Shown: positions 20,810-33,724 of the stretch, piece by piece
Layout of the letters: each line of letters opens with the position of its first letter
Numbering within the stretch: the stretch's first letter is position 1
NCBI RefSeq assembly: GCF_001194135.2
Contig: NC_068998.1
Location: 31,810,781 to 31,854,559 of the forward strand
Source of the DNA: Octopus bimaculoides
Lineage: Eukaryota
DNA: 43,779 bases
Reading direction: 5' to 3'
Notes under the pieces: model-generated
Databases searched by the model: none
The model's input: only the letters and a program-made list of their open reading frames with translations
What the model was told of the DNA's origin: nothing
Translations under genes and position numbers: made by a program

Positions 20810-20998
20810 GATGGGTACGAAGTTCAGGGCTAAAAGCAGAGAGTGAAGGTTTCATATTGGCTGCTCAAGACCAAAGCTTATTAACCCGGAACTACCAAGC
20901 CAATGTGATAAAAAATGGAGCTGATCCAAAATGCCGATTTTGTAACGATGCGATTGAAACTATAGGCCACCTAATCGCAGGGTGTAGAGTCTTAGCAC
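20810..20998 (+). mobile_element. R4/Dong-clade LINE fragment (CCHC knuckle), running into an N gap, flanked by (TAA)n
   Basis: LKAESEGFILAAQDQSLLTRNYQANVIKNGADPKCRFCNDAIETIGHLIAGCRVLA. (TAA)n lies at 20755-20800 and 21445-21535. Confidence 0.85.
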
Positions 20999-21493
20999 NN
21001 NNNNNNNNNNNNNNNNNNNNNNNNNNNNNNNNNNNNNNNNNNNNNNNNNNNNNNNNNNNNNNNNNNNNNNNNNNNNNNNNNNNNNNNNNNNNNNNNNNNN
21101 NNNNNNNNNNNNNNNNNNNNNNNNNNNNNNNNNNNNNNNNNNNNNNNNNNNNNNNNNNNNNNNNNNNNNNNNNNNNNNNNNNNNNNNNNNNNNNNNNNNN
21201 NNNNNNNNNNNNNNNNNNNNNNNNNNNNNNNNNNNNNNNNNNNNNNNNNNNNNNNNNNNNNNNNNNNNNNNNNNNNNNNNNNNNNNNNNNNNNNNNNNNN
21301 NNNNNNNNNNNNNNNNNNNNNNNNNNNNNNNNNNNNNNNNNNNNNNNNNNNNNNNNNNNNNNNNNNNNNNNNNNNNNNNNNNNNNNNNNNNNNNNNNNNN
21401 NNNNNNNNNNNNNNNNNNNNNNNNNNNNNNNNNNNNNNNNNNNNTAATAATGATAATAATAACAATAATAATAACAATAATAATAATAATAAC

Positions 21494-21524
<31 letters not shown>

Positions 21525-21544
21525 GCAATAATAATAATTTTTAT

Positions 21545-21965
21545 TATAGGCACAAGTGAAATTTTTGGGGAGAGGGCGAGTCTATTAAATTGACTCCAGT
21601 ACACAACTGATACTTATTTCATTGACCCAAAAGGATGAAAGGCAAATAATAAATAATCTTTTCTATTTTAGGCACAAGGCCCAAAATTATTGGTGGGGGG
21701 GGGGCAGTCGATTAGATTGAACCTAGTACACAAATGGTACTTAATTCATCGACCCTGAAAGAATGAAAGGCAAAGTTGACCTCAGCAGAATATGAATTCA
21801 GAACTTAAAGATAGATGCCACCTTTTTGTGTTCTGAGTTCAAATTCCACTGAGGTTGACTTTGCATTTCATCCTTCTGGGGTTGATAAAATAAGTACCTG
21901 ATGAACACTGGGGTCAATGTAATTGACTTAACCCCTTCCTTGAAATTGTGGCCTTGTGCTAAAAT
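21545..21965. mobile_element. Three partial SINE family 2 copies: two minus (about 21545-21645, 21670-21810) and one plus (about 21830-21965)
   Basis: aggcacaag/ggccttgtgc, gaattcagaac/gttctgagttc and aaaggcaaagttgacc motifs occur in opposite orientations. Confidence 0.8.
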
Positions 21966-22594
21966 TTGAAATCCATTTTTATTATCAGTATTATTATCAT
22001 TACTATTATTATTAAAGTTACAGCAGTTAGCATTTCAGAGTTTACTAGGGTCTGTTCATCTTCATCACAGTGATCTGCTAACCTTTGCATATTTTAGCAG
22101 AATTTTACCATCCTCCAGACACTCTATCAAACTCTCTGGAATTTTTACCACTGTTGTGTAATTTTTACTACTTTCTATGATTTTTTCTTTTTTCACAGAA
22201 TACATACATTTTCCTTTCTTTTCCACTTTTTAGCCTAAACCTACCTCTTTGTTGAAGATCAATTTCAGACTCTTATATTATTTTGTTATATATATAAATA
22301 TAAATTTGCACACACATCTTTAACACCTTCCATTTTAGTCTATTTATCCCATTTGTGTTACCAATATCTTTTACCTTTCCACACTTGTACCTGCTCTCAC
22401 CTCTTCACATATGCTTTCACATCACCTACCCAACAATTATATACATGTACTAACATCCCATAGTCATACTTACCAACATTATTATACTTACACACCTCTA
22501 TATACATACAGCACACTAACACATACACCACTCCCCTTTATGCTTACTTCCAGACTTACTTTCTAAACTTTCACCATTTTACTTAAGTTACTAG

Positions 22595-22990
22595 ATTGCA
22601 GCCGTGTTGGGGCACCACCTTGAAGAATTTTTAGTTGAATGAATCAACCGCAGTACTTATTTTATTCTATTGATACTTATTCTATTGGTCTCTTTCACTG
22701 GACTGCCAAGTTACGGGGGATGTAAACACACCAGCACTGGTTATCAAGCAATAATAGGAGTCAAGCAGTGATGGCTGAGCACTCCACAGACACAGGTACC
22801 TTTAATGTAGTTTCGAATGAGATTCAGAATGACACAGAATGTGATTAGTCTGGCCCTGTGAATTACAGGTACAACTCAGTTTTGCCAGCTGAGTGAATGG
22901 AAACAACATGAAATAAAGTATCTTACTACACTACAATAAGACACCAGGAATTGAACTCAAAACCTTATAAATGTGTGCTGAATACCCTAA
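22595..22990 (-). mobile_element. SINE family 1 3' half (about 22595-22760) plus an adjacent tRNA-headed repeat of another type (about 22780-22990)
   Basis: gttggggcaccacc ... tattctattggtctct ... taagttacgggg. A B-box-like gagttcaattcc lies on the minus strand at about 22947-22958. Confidence 0.6.
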
Positions 22991-23144
22991 CCACGAAGCT
23001 ATATATATTGTGTGCAGACATTTATGATGTTTGTGTCTTATATGTACCTCATTGTCTATGCATTTCTGTATAGATGTATAAAACAATATATATATATATA
23101 TGCATATCATTCTACATATATATATGTAAATATTAGTATATGAG

Positions 23145-23533
23145 TGTGTGTATGTGTGTGTTTGTGTGTGTGAGTGTTTGCTTGTGAACCAATATTGAAA
23201 ACTTTCAGGTTTTCTTGAACCATAGTAAATCTACATTACTGAGGAATTAAAGTGAGAAAACAATGACATCAAGCAAAAACGACAAAAAAATGTTAAAAAA
23301 AAAAAGAAAAGAAAACAATATGTAAAATACAAAGCCTAGAAAAGGGAGGGAAAGAAATATAAAAGACCATTAATAAAAATCTAAATAAATCAATCCACTT
23401 GAACAAATGCCAAAGCATTGATTCCATACTTTCTCTACTTATGTTTTCCTGAAGTTGTTACTCCTTAAATGAATTTTTATGTCAATACTTCTTGTTAGCA
23501 CACTTGTTGATTTGTTTCTTTTGAGGATCTTTT

Positions 23534-23535
<2 letters not shown>
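23145..23535 (+). repeat. Unclassified ~400-bp interspersed repeat, copy 1
   Basis: Colinear with 33725-34125 (tgaaccatagt, aaatctaaataaatcaatccacttgaa, gcattgattccatacttt, ttagcacacttgttgatttg, ttttgaggatctttt). Confidence 0.85.
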
Positions 23536-23600
<65 letters not shown>

Positions 23601-24734
23601 TGTGTGTGTGTATGATGTATGCATATATGTATGTATGTGCAGCTGGCTGGCTGGATAAACGTCTTTGAAGGCATTTAGGCATGTGAATGTGTATATGCTC
23701 AAAACACTAACTGAAGTCAGAACCTGTAAATTTGTAACCAAAACGCTTCACAGGGTATGAAGTAAAATGTGTATGAATCAGCTTAGTATGATGACTGATC
23801 TCAACTACTCTTAGCGATTTTGAAACTACTTGTCCCATTAACTACCTGGATTCTATATTTGTAACAGGTATATAAGTGAACTCATATTTGTTCTGTCAAC
23901 TATTCTTCACGTCATCCTAGTGCAATTGCTTGATTATTACATGTATGTATATAAGTGTACATAAGTATGTACATACATACACAAATTTGTCATCATTATT
24001 TAATGAAAGTCTTTGTTCCTTGCACGGGTTGGATGGTTTGTCAGGATCTGTTGAGTAGGAATACTGCATAGAGAAATAACACAGTAATTGATAGGCTATG
24101 GATGAGAGATAAGGAGATGACATGTGGAGTGGGTAGGTAAAAGTTGCAAGATTGAGTGTAGAGAGAGACAAAGAAAGAGAAAGATAGATAGATAGATAGA
24201 AAGATAGATAGATAGATAGATAGACAGATGGAGAGATAGATAGATAGATAGATAGACAAATGGAGAGAGAGAGAGAGATGTATTATGATAAGAATGGAGG
24301 AAGTCAGAGGCATGTAGGGTTGAATGTAGTGAATGGCAAACAAAGGTGGATGCAGTCTGATGACAGGTATCAAATGATGTTCAGAATAGGCATGGGTGTT
24401 GATAGAATGTAGTTCATGGGAGAATGAGAGGTAACTGGTGGCAAAGAAAGGTTGATCACTGAAAGATGAGTTGGAGAAGAACATTGTTGAGAATGAAGAA
24501 TGTATGTCAAAAACAAGTGGTTCCAGTGAGAGGGAGAAATAACTTGTAGCACAGACAGAGGATGCAATATGTAGTCCTGCTCTCATTTAATTACAGCAGC
24601 AGAATACTTTAGTTGTTAGAAGGGTGATGGAGGGGTAAGTGATAAGAAGGTGAGAGGGTGAGAATGGCTTAACTTGAACAAAATGGGCAGAGTGTACAGT
24701 TGTGGGATTGCATTAGCCTTTAGGATTTCAGTTT

Positions 24735-27242
24735 TGCTGTAATTGGCATCTCTTCTCAAGCACAGCATATCACCAAACATCTCAGTCGTTTGTCATCTCC
24801 TCCATGAGGCTCAGCATCTTGAGATCAGTCTTCACAGCTTTGTTCCTCTTCCTCAAGTTCCATCCAATATAAACAACTTGCACATTTTTATGTAGTTGTC
24901 TTCATTCATATACATCCCTTGATGAAACCATCACAGTGTTTTCTCTTGCACACTACATTTCATTCCTCTTATGCCTAGTTTTTTCTCAGTACATTAGAAC
25001 TATATCACACGTGTACATTGACATTGCACATCCAGTAGTGTATACCAGCTTCATTCCTCTCTAATCTTCGCATGTCCTCTGCATTCAGGACCCACATCTC
25101 ACTTACATGTAAGCATTGCTATTTGTATGCAAGCATCACACAATCTGCCTTTACACTGTTAGAGATACCGTTAGTTGCCAAATTTTTCCTTCTTATTCTT
25201 ATTCTAACGATTATATTTTCACAACATCCTTCACAACTGCTAAGTTACCTACATAACACAAACTATCTATCTACTCTAGGGATTCTCCTGGGCATTTGAG
25301 AAAATCTATTTACCATGTGTTCTTTGTATATATTGTTACAGTACATATTCCACATGCCAGCAGTACTGCCTTCATTAAACTTCCTATGACTCAACTTGTG
25401 GGTCCATAGCTTGCACTAGTACACTGTATGGAATTCTTGTCTACACATTTCCTACATACTGAGAAGGGCCATTTATCTACTTTCCAACTTGCTAAAACTT
25501 GGGCTTTTGCTGAGTTAAATTTGAAGCTTTTGATTCCAGGCTTTGCTTCCACACCTAGAATTGCTTTTCTAATTCTACAGATTCTGCTGTAAGAATGAGA
25601 TCGTTAGTATACTGGAATCCCTATTGGAATCTGGGCTTAAGCTCCTCTCTTAAGGCTTGAATTACTATGATGACTGGAAGGAAACTGATAAAAGAGGCCT
25701 AGTAGAACCTTCCCTGAACACTGAATTCACCATTGCTAACAATTTCATTTGATAGGAATTTATGTCTCTCACAAGATAAGGGATCAAGGGACACCGCTCA
25801 AAGCTTTCTCCAAGTCAATGAATGTCAAGCATAGCAGTTTGCTTTTGGCTAAATACTTCTGCACTTGTCTTATTAGCAAGATAGCATAAGTTTTACTTCC
25901 CCCTTGCACAGAAACAAACTACATTTCATCTAAGTTAATTCCCATCCTAATTAATTGATGTATAACTCTTTCTGTAACTTTTATGACCTGATCTAGCAAT
26001 TTGATACCTTTGCAATTACCTTTCTCTAAGGTGTTGCTTTTACATCTGTGTCAGTTGACTATGATGCTTCTATGTCAATCATTATGTTATGCAAGCAACT
26101 AGACTGCATTTTACTCTGCAAATATTTCAAGCATCTCAGCTGTGATTCCTGATGAACCATGTATTTAATTACATTATTTTATCATATGGCAGTTTACAAG
26201 AATGCCTGATCCCCTTATTTGTCCACATCATAAAGGCTCTCTATTTTCCATACATTTTTCCCATTTAATAACCTTTCAATGGAGCATTTCCATGCCTCTT
26301 TCTTTTCAGTGTCACTGAGTGCAAGTGTACCATTATTCATCTATATACACTTCTCACACCCAACAGCATGATCTTTGCAATCTGGAACACCTCATACCTC
26401 TGATATTCATGCTGTAAAACCTTGGCAAAAGTCTCACTTTCTGCTTGTCTCCTTGCTAGATAAATCTGTTACTTAGCTTACCTGATATAATTCTTTGCTG
26501 CTCCAGTCTCTCCAAGCCACTCCTTTCACTTGTATGGCTCTGTGTACCTTGCTGTTCCATCACTAAATTACCCTCCGTCTGGATGGAATTTTGCATCAGC
26601 TGCAGATGTGATAGTCATCCCCAGAAGGTTGATCCCAAGGAACTTCTATTTGTCCTCTGTACTATGCTTACTTATCACCTCCCACTTTTTGTCAAATACC
26701 TCATCTAGTACTTCTTTAAATTTCAGACTATTCAATGGGTTTTTAAGCTTCTATATCTTTTTTCCTGGACTGGTTTGATTATCTAAGTCTAAGTCATTAA
26801 CCAATAACCAAAATCTCTAACTGCTAAACTATGCTAGGTTGTACATTCTTCTCCTTGGAAGGACTTCACATTCAAGGCCATCTGTCTATCCAGCTTTTTA
26901 GCGAGAATGTAGTCAAAGCTGGCTTCTTTTCTGAAGTTAGTGCTGCAGAACACTAAGTCATTTGCATCGCAGAGCCCCAACAGCCTTGATTCACACTCAT
27001 CCCTAGAACCAAAACTTAATGTACACCATAGAATACATTAAAGTGCTGCTCAACATGTCCATTACCAGCCTCAATAATAAGGTCACTGTCATTTGCCACT
27101 GAGACAACCAGCAAAATGCCACATAATATTGGTTCTTCCACTTATCTTTCTGTCCAGTTTAAGAAGCAAAGTAACTGTTGCTGCCATATTTTCCAAGTCT
27201 TGTCTAAGCTTAATTTACCTTATCGCACACTCTGACTATCAT
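24735..27242 (-). mobile_element. Old, heavily degenerate RTE LINE copy (about 2.5 kb, with internal deletions)
   Basis: Colinear with about 9545-12290 (tcttctcaagcacagc, gctttgctgagtt, gttgactatgatgct, ctgtgattcctgatg, aggatgtagtcaa-like, gtcatttgcatcgcag). Confidence 0.85.
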
Positions 27243-27334
27243 GATGTGTATGTATGTTTGTGTACATGTTATATTTGTGCATATGTATGTGTGTGTGTGT
27301 GTGTGTGTGTGGGTGTGTGCATCTGTAATGTATA

Positions 27335-27495
27335 GACGTAGTTGTGTTGCTAAGAAGTTTGGTTCCCAACCATGTAACTATTGGGTTTAGTCCCAAAATG
27401 TAGTACCCTGGACAAGTGACTTTTAGTATAGCCCTGTGCTAACCAAAGCCTTGTGATTAGATTTGGTAAATAAAAACTAAAAGAAGCCTGTCATA
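27335..27495 (+). mobile_element. SINE family 1, 5' half
   Basis: cccaaccatgt ... gggtttagtccc ... ccaaagccttgtg ... gatttggta ... gaagcctgtc. Confidence 0.75.
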
Positions 27496-27501
27496 CATAC
27501 A

Positions 27502-27619
<118 letters not shown>

Positions 27620-27757
27620 TACATTTGTGTGTGTGTGCGTGTGTGTGTATGCATGCATGTGTATATGTGTTTTTGTGTGTGAGCTTGTATTTCCCTTGAT
27701 TACATGTGTGTTTGTTCATAGATTATAAACAATGTTTTTGTTAACAGCATTATTTAC

Positions 27758-27822
27758 TTGCAGTTCACTATAAATGCATATCCTCCAGGATTCTTGACAT
27801 GTCTAGCCATGTTACACAAACT
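27758..27822 (-). CDS. Candidate 65-nt internal coding exon (phase 0-2): SLCNMARHVKNPGGYAFIVNCx
   Basis: Minus strand: acceptor gttttttgcttccag| and donor GCAA|gtaaat. Only one frame is open; unique sequence between microsatellites. Confidence 0.55.
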
Positions 27823-28275
27823 CTGGAAGCAAAAAACTATTTCACATGGTGTCATTTGTTTCCAGACCTCCCCATTAACATTCCAGGCTGTTTAGCTATC
27901 TATCCCTCTGTCTCTCTTGGCATTCAAATACACACATACACACATGTATACACACATACACACATGTATACACACATACACACATACACACATGTATACA
28001 CACACACATCCATGCACACAGCAGGCAATATGAATAAAATGATGAGAAAAATGAATGGAATACAAATCAAGTCACAAGCTGCCTCACAGAACTGTAAATT
28101 GCAAGCAAGAACTGTTTTGTGTGCCTGTGTGTGTGTGTGTCTGTGTGCGTGTGTGTGCGTGCACCTGTACAAGTGTATAACTAGTAATAAAGAAATATGA
28201 AAGCAGGAAAATGAAAAAAAGAAACATGCACAGACAGATACTTACTATCATAAATAGAAGCACACAGACACACAC

Positions 28276-28326
<51 letters not shown>

Positions 28327-28373
28327 ACTGTGTACCACCACCACCACACAAATTAATATTATGCTGTAAACAT

Positions 28374-28582
28374 TAAGGTAATGAGCTGAATTATTAGTGT
28401 GCCAGGCAAAATACTTTGTGGCATTTCATCTGTTTTTATATTCTGAGTTCAAATTCTGCCATGGTCAGCTTTGGTTTTCATTCTCTCAGGGATGATAAAT
28501 TAAGTACCAGTTGTGCACTGGAGTCGATTTAATCAACTTACCTCCTTCCCTCGAATTGCTGGCCTTGTGCCAAAATTTGATG
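28374..28582 (+). mobile_element. SINE family 2
   Basis: ttctgagttcaaattctgcc ... taagtaccagttgtgcactgg ... ggccttgtgccaaaatttg. Confidence 0.85.
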
Positions 28583-28964
28583 CCGATATTATGCAGCAAA
28601 CAGAAAATACTGAAAAACATGAGAAAAGTAGTTTACACAATTATTTCAGAGCAAGTGTGAATGAATTCATCTAGTGGAAAGGTTACTATTGTATGCTGAA
28701 AGATCTTGGCAATCTAATTGATTGATTAATTAATTATGTAAGTGATAATAAGACTGAAGTGAGAAACAGCTGGTACATGTCTTCAAGAAATAACTTTGCC
28801 AAAGTACAAAATATCTGTTTCAAAGGATGATTTAAAATCAACAGTCTGGAAAACTAAACAAATAAATGATGTGTGTGTGTGTGTATGCACGCACGTCTTT
28901 ATGTGTGCGTGTAGAGAAAGAGAGAGGAAGATAGATATAGATACACTCACACATATGCATGCAC

Positions 28965-29110
28965 ATGTATGGTTAAGAATTTCATTTCCAACCACATGAT
29001 TTAGGGTTCACTGTCACTCAGTGTGGGACTTTTGGTAAGCATCTATTATAGTCCCTGATTGACCATTAATCTGCAAGTGAATTTGTTTGCTAGAGAGAAA
29101 CCGTGCAGAA
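28965..29110 (+). mobile_element. SINE family 1, degenerate 5' half
   Basis: ccaaccacatgatttagggttcactgtc ... agaaaccgtgcagaagc, followed by (TA)n. Confidence 0.6.
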
Positions 29111-29111
29111 G

Positions 29112-29159
<48 letters not shown>

Positions 29160-29170
29160 CATACATACAT

Positions 29171-29418
29171 GGTGGTTGTCTACTCCTTACACAGAGTTTT
29201 ACCACCTCCTGCACCTGCACCTTAGCCCTTTCATGGCGTCTGATGTGGCTTTTTAAACCAGACAATATTTTGAAAAAACACCCACACATATTGCACCTCT
29301 GATTTGCACTACCAATACCTGCAAGTAAGTTCTGCTCACTGTGGATCCTGACATGTCTTTTAAGACCCCCATTGGATTTGCAAACCCTTTGGCACATGCC
29401 ACATTCAAACGTGTGCAC
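29171..29418 (-). pseudogene. Tandem C2H2 zinc-finger cassette, copy 1 (probable LINE 3' end)
   Basis: FECGMCQRVCKSNGGLKRHVRIH-SEQNLLAGIGSANQ-RCNMCGCFFKILSGLKSHIRRH, followed by ggagtagacaaccacc and a TATG/TA tail. Confidence 0.8.
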
Positions 29419-29444
29419 ATACATACATACATACATATATATCA

Positions 29445-30131
29445 TCATTATCATTATTTAATGTTCACTTTCCATGCTGGTATGAGTTGAATAGTTTGAC
29501 AGGAGCTGGCCTGCAGAAAAGTTGTCCAGTTTCCAATTGTCTGTTTTGGCATGGTTTCTCACACCAACCACTTTACAGAGTGTGCTGGGTGCTTTTTACA
29601 TGCTACTGGCATGGGTGCATTTACACAGCACTGGCACATGTGGTACCAGCACCTCTCAGCTGGCAGAGGGGGTGGGGGCAAGGCCATAAAGGACATGCTT
29701 GTGTGTATGGATGGCTATGATTTTACTTAAGTAGATGTGTCTTCTCAAGTTCAACAGATTGCCACAAGTCCCAGCCTATTGTCATCTCCTCAATGAGGCC
29801 GAGTGTCTGAAGATCCCTTCTCACCATTTCATCCCATGTCTTCGTAGGTCTACCCTTCCACAGGTTCCCTCCACAGTGAGATATCAGCACTTCTTTAAGC
29901 AGTTGACCTCATCCATATTCATCACATGACCATACTAACACAGTCTTCCCTCTTGCACACAACATCTGATGCCTCTTATACTCAGATTTCCACTTAAATC
30001 ATTTATACTCTGTTGCATATGCACATTGACATTACCCATTCAATAGGGCATACTGGTTTCATTTCTTTCAAGCCCTCACAAGTCCTCTATAGTTAAAGCC
30101 TATGTTTACTGCCATGTGGCATAGCTGTACG

Positions 30132-30135
<4 letters not shown>
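29445..30135 (-). mobile_element. RTE LINE 3' fragment with (GAT)-like tail
   Basis: catcattatcattatttaatgttcactttccatgc. The downstream part is colinear with about 9545-9965. Confidence 0.85.
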
Positions 30136-30170
<35 letters not shown>

Positions 30171-30407
30171 ACAATATTGTTATTCATCTAGTGACTACCT
30201 AATTCATTCTTTATTGCAACTCACAGTTTAAATATTACTTATTCAAATTAAATTACTATATTTACTTTATTTAACTTTCTTCTAATATGTTAGACATCAT
30301 TTTACTTTAATCTAGTGAAGACTTAATACATTCTTCACTTTCACTGAATTTATAGTTTTAAAAACTACTTATTTATAGTGCGAACTATATATATATATGT
30401 ATGTATG

Positions 30408-30483
<76 letters not shown>

Positions 30484-31469
30484 CACACACACACTTCTTG
30501 GTTTTAACCTTGACTTGATTTGCTTTCTACCTCCTGGTACTTAGTATAAACCCTTCTTTCTCTCACACTGCATTTGAATCACAATGTCAAACTGCTATTG
30601 TCAGGCGATTTAGTCTATCTCGTCTGCAACTCTTTTAAATACTCTAACTCCCCACTCCAGATAGTTGTCTGATAATTCTAACACACTTGCCACACTGGAC
30701 ATTACCTTTATAAATATAGTTTTGGTCATTATACATATAGTTTTAGTCATACCTTATCACTGAACCTCTCCTTCCCTACTCATTTCAGTATTTCCCATTC
30801 CTTTATATATATTTTCTTCAAACTCTTAAAGTCTATATGTCTATCACTTTCTATGTGAGTTAGTTTCTATCTACCCTCATACATTCATGACCCTATCTTT
30901 CCTTTATAATGTCCTTTATACATAACACAAACCTTTCACTAATGATTTGCTTCACATTCCCTTTGATGTTCTGACTACTAGAATCCTCTATTAAAGATCT
31001 ATCTCATTTTTTCTCTCTGAAAATGGCACAGTCTACTACTATATGGATAGCTTATCTTCATTCATTGAGAAATGCACTATAAGCACATCTATTCTGGAAA
31101 CAGCAGTAAGAAACTATTTGCACACTTTCTTACTCTCTTATTTCTTATGATACACTCTATTCTAACAATTCTTTTGTAACAACTCAGCAATTATGTTTAA
31201 ATATATATAAATACTATAATAATATATATAAATACTATAATATATATAAAATTTTCATATTTTTCTTCTTAGTGTCATGATTGTCGTTATAATTATTATT
31301 TTATATTCATTCTTCTCATTACTGTTGTTCTCAGTGTTATTATTATTGTTGCTAACAACATTCTTGTTGTTAATAATATTATCTATTTTAAAGTAAATAT
31401 TTCTACTTATATTAGGATCATTTGGACTACTTTGAATATGCTTTTCACTATTATGGTGTCCCTGTTTGA

Positions 31470-32055
31470 TGGACCCATGCTACCTTGAACAATATTTTTA
31501 GAATTTATGGTTGTTAAATTCAGCTTCCTATTGTTAAGTTTAATAGCATAGTATTCAGAACAATGAACACAGAAGTACTAATAATATCTGCAACAATGAC
31601 ATTAAGAAGAAAAATATAAAAATGAATGCAAGTAGTAACCTGGTTGCAAACAGTAATATAAAAATTGTTATTGTAGAGATAAGAAAGCATGTCCTCTGGC
31701 AAACAAGAGTTTATGTAGAAACATAAACCAATATACCAATGTATATGCATACATAGGTGGAATGATTGACAGTTTCAAGAATCACTGGAGAAATCACATT
31801 GCAAAAGACTGCACATCACTTGCTGAACTAATATGGAACTTCAAACAGCAAAATATACAACACAGCATAGCTTGGTCAGTGATACAAAATGCATACCTAT
31901 ATATTACGTACTCAAAAGGGTGTAACATTTACTTAGTGGAAACACAAGACATAATAATATGCAATGATAACATCATTAACAAGTACTCTAGAATTTTTCT
32001 ATCGTGTAACGATAGACTTAAAAGCTCATTTTTGGAATTTGGAAGAAACCCGTGA
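31470..32055 (+). mobile_element. Degenerate Penelope-like element, GIY-YIG region
   Basis: In frame from about 31660: KNCYCRDKKACPLANKSLCRNI...AYIGGMIDSFKNHWRNH...TSLAELIWNFKQQNIQHSIAWSVIQNA...IINKYSRIFLSC. Same subtype as 1400-1925. Confidence 0.75.
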
Positions 32056-32539
32056 GATTTAATATCATATCAATCTTTTGTTTATTGAAAAATGTATTTA
32101 TTGAGTTTTTTTATTATTGTTATTAGTATGATTATATTGTTTATCTGAATTGAGTAGTTTCATAATAATTTGAATGCATGTTAAGTTATTTGGTTAAAAG
32201 TGAAACAACTATAAGATAAATCAATTTACCCTGACAAACTAATATATGTGTACTTGCAAGACCTGGCTGTAGAATGAATATCTCCAAGTTTTCTATTTCA
32301 ATGTATCCTACTCATCTAAAGACGTACATGTATACAGTTATTGTTTGATCATATTAATGCAATAATGTGTATAATATATGTAACATTCAGTAATTACCAG
32401 ATGATAATGATGTGCCAAAACAATTGTAGTGATTTGTAATAAAGCCTGTTCATTCCATCTATTTGTATTAAAATACCTTTGTATATAATCTATGGATACT
32501 CATGGATTTCCACATGTATACCTAATAAAAGGAGGAGTC

Positions 32540-33373
32540 CATCTATATGATAGCATCTGGTAGCAAACCCGTTGTAGTTCAGGATTCTGCCACTAGAAAC
32601 CACTTGATGCAACCCTCAGGCATCAGTCTGCCAATCATCATGCTCGGGTAAAGTTGTACTGCCATTTGATGCATTTTTGTTTTGCAATGCTTCTCCCCTG
32701 TTCATCAATTCTTATGATGGCTGAAGTGAAGGAACAGTGTACTTCCATGAAATTCTGTTTTCTCCTGGAGCAAACGATGGCTGAACAGTTGTCATTCAAA
32801 CAACCTACAAAGACACTGGCATGAGCAAAACACAAGTTTACAAGTGGTTTCCCTGTTTTAGGAATTGTCACTTATCATTTTGAAGATCAACCTCGTTCAA
32901 GATGACTATTGACCTCCTGAACGAATCAAGGAAAAGTCATGATATGATTGGTGTGTCCTGAAGCTCCTGCCAACAAATTTGATCAAGGAATTGTGAATGA
33001 AAAGACTTGCAGCAAAATTTGTGCCTTGCTTGCTCATGGAAGATCAAAAGCAGTCACAACTGAATGTGTGTCATAACCTGAAAGAACAGTTGAAAGTTGA
33101 TCCAGATTATTTTTCGAAAGTCATCACTGGTGACGAAAGCTGATGCAACAGGTTTTGTAGATGTGGAAGAGGTGAAGAGAAAAATGACAGGGGTGTTAAA
33201 AGACATCACTTTGCAAGAGTTCCATGATTGCTTCGAACAGTGGAAAACGTGCCTGGACCGATGACTTGCTTCAAATGGAGAATACTTTGAAGGCAATAAA
33301 AGTGTAAACATGCAAAACTAAGTGAATAAAATAATATTGCAAAATTCCGGTTTCTTATGTGTACCCCCTTGTA
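32540..33373 (+). mobile_element. Mariner element with large internal deletion
   Basis: MMAEVKEQCTSMKFCFLL, MSKTQVYKWF, EDQPRS, AAKFVPCLL, KVITGDES joined almost directly to RFVDVEEVK ... NGEYFEG. Right TIR aattccggtttcttatgtgtacccccttg|TA. Left TIR not found. Confidence 0.85.
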
Positions 33374-33389
33374 TATGTATGTGTGTATG

Positions 33390-33422
<33 letters not shown>

Positions 33423-33724
33423 CTAGGGTAAAAACATTAAACTGTGGAGAACAACACAGGACGAACAAAGTTTGACAAATCTGTTATTCATTTAATGCAT
33501 AATGGAAAGTGATAGTGGCTTAAAATTTTGAATTTTAGTCGTTCCTCATAAGAAAAAAACAGAAAGATAGAAGTAAAAGGTGAGGGTGAAACAGAAAGAG
33601 AGAAAAAAAGATGGAGGATTAGAAGCTAGGTGCAAATGCTGTTCTATGGGCAAGAGTTGTTATATATATGTATGTGAACATGTATGCATGTGTGTGTATG
33701 TGTGTGTGTGTGTGTGTTCGTATG

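Noticed and set aside
28780-28845. Possible minus-strand exon after acceptor ttagttttccag (TVDFKSSFETDILYFGK or LLILNHPLKQIFCTLAKLFLED)
   Set aside because: No convincing donor, and two frames are open.
29113-29454. Host C2H2 zinc-finger gene
   Set aside because: No start context or splice sites, no TGEKP linkers, flanked by microsatellites, with a degenerate paralogue sharing the same 3' end. It is treated as repeat-derived.
32230-32310. Minus-strand segment GYIEIENLEIFILQPGLASTHILVCQ with a good donor
   Set aside because: The natural upstream acceptor gives stops in all frames, and the alternative AG lacks a pyrimidine tract.
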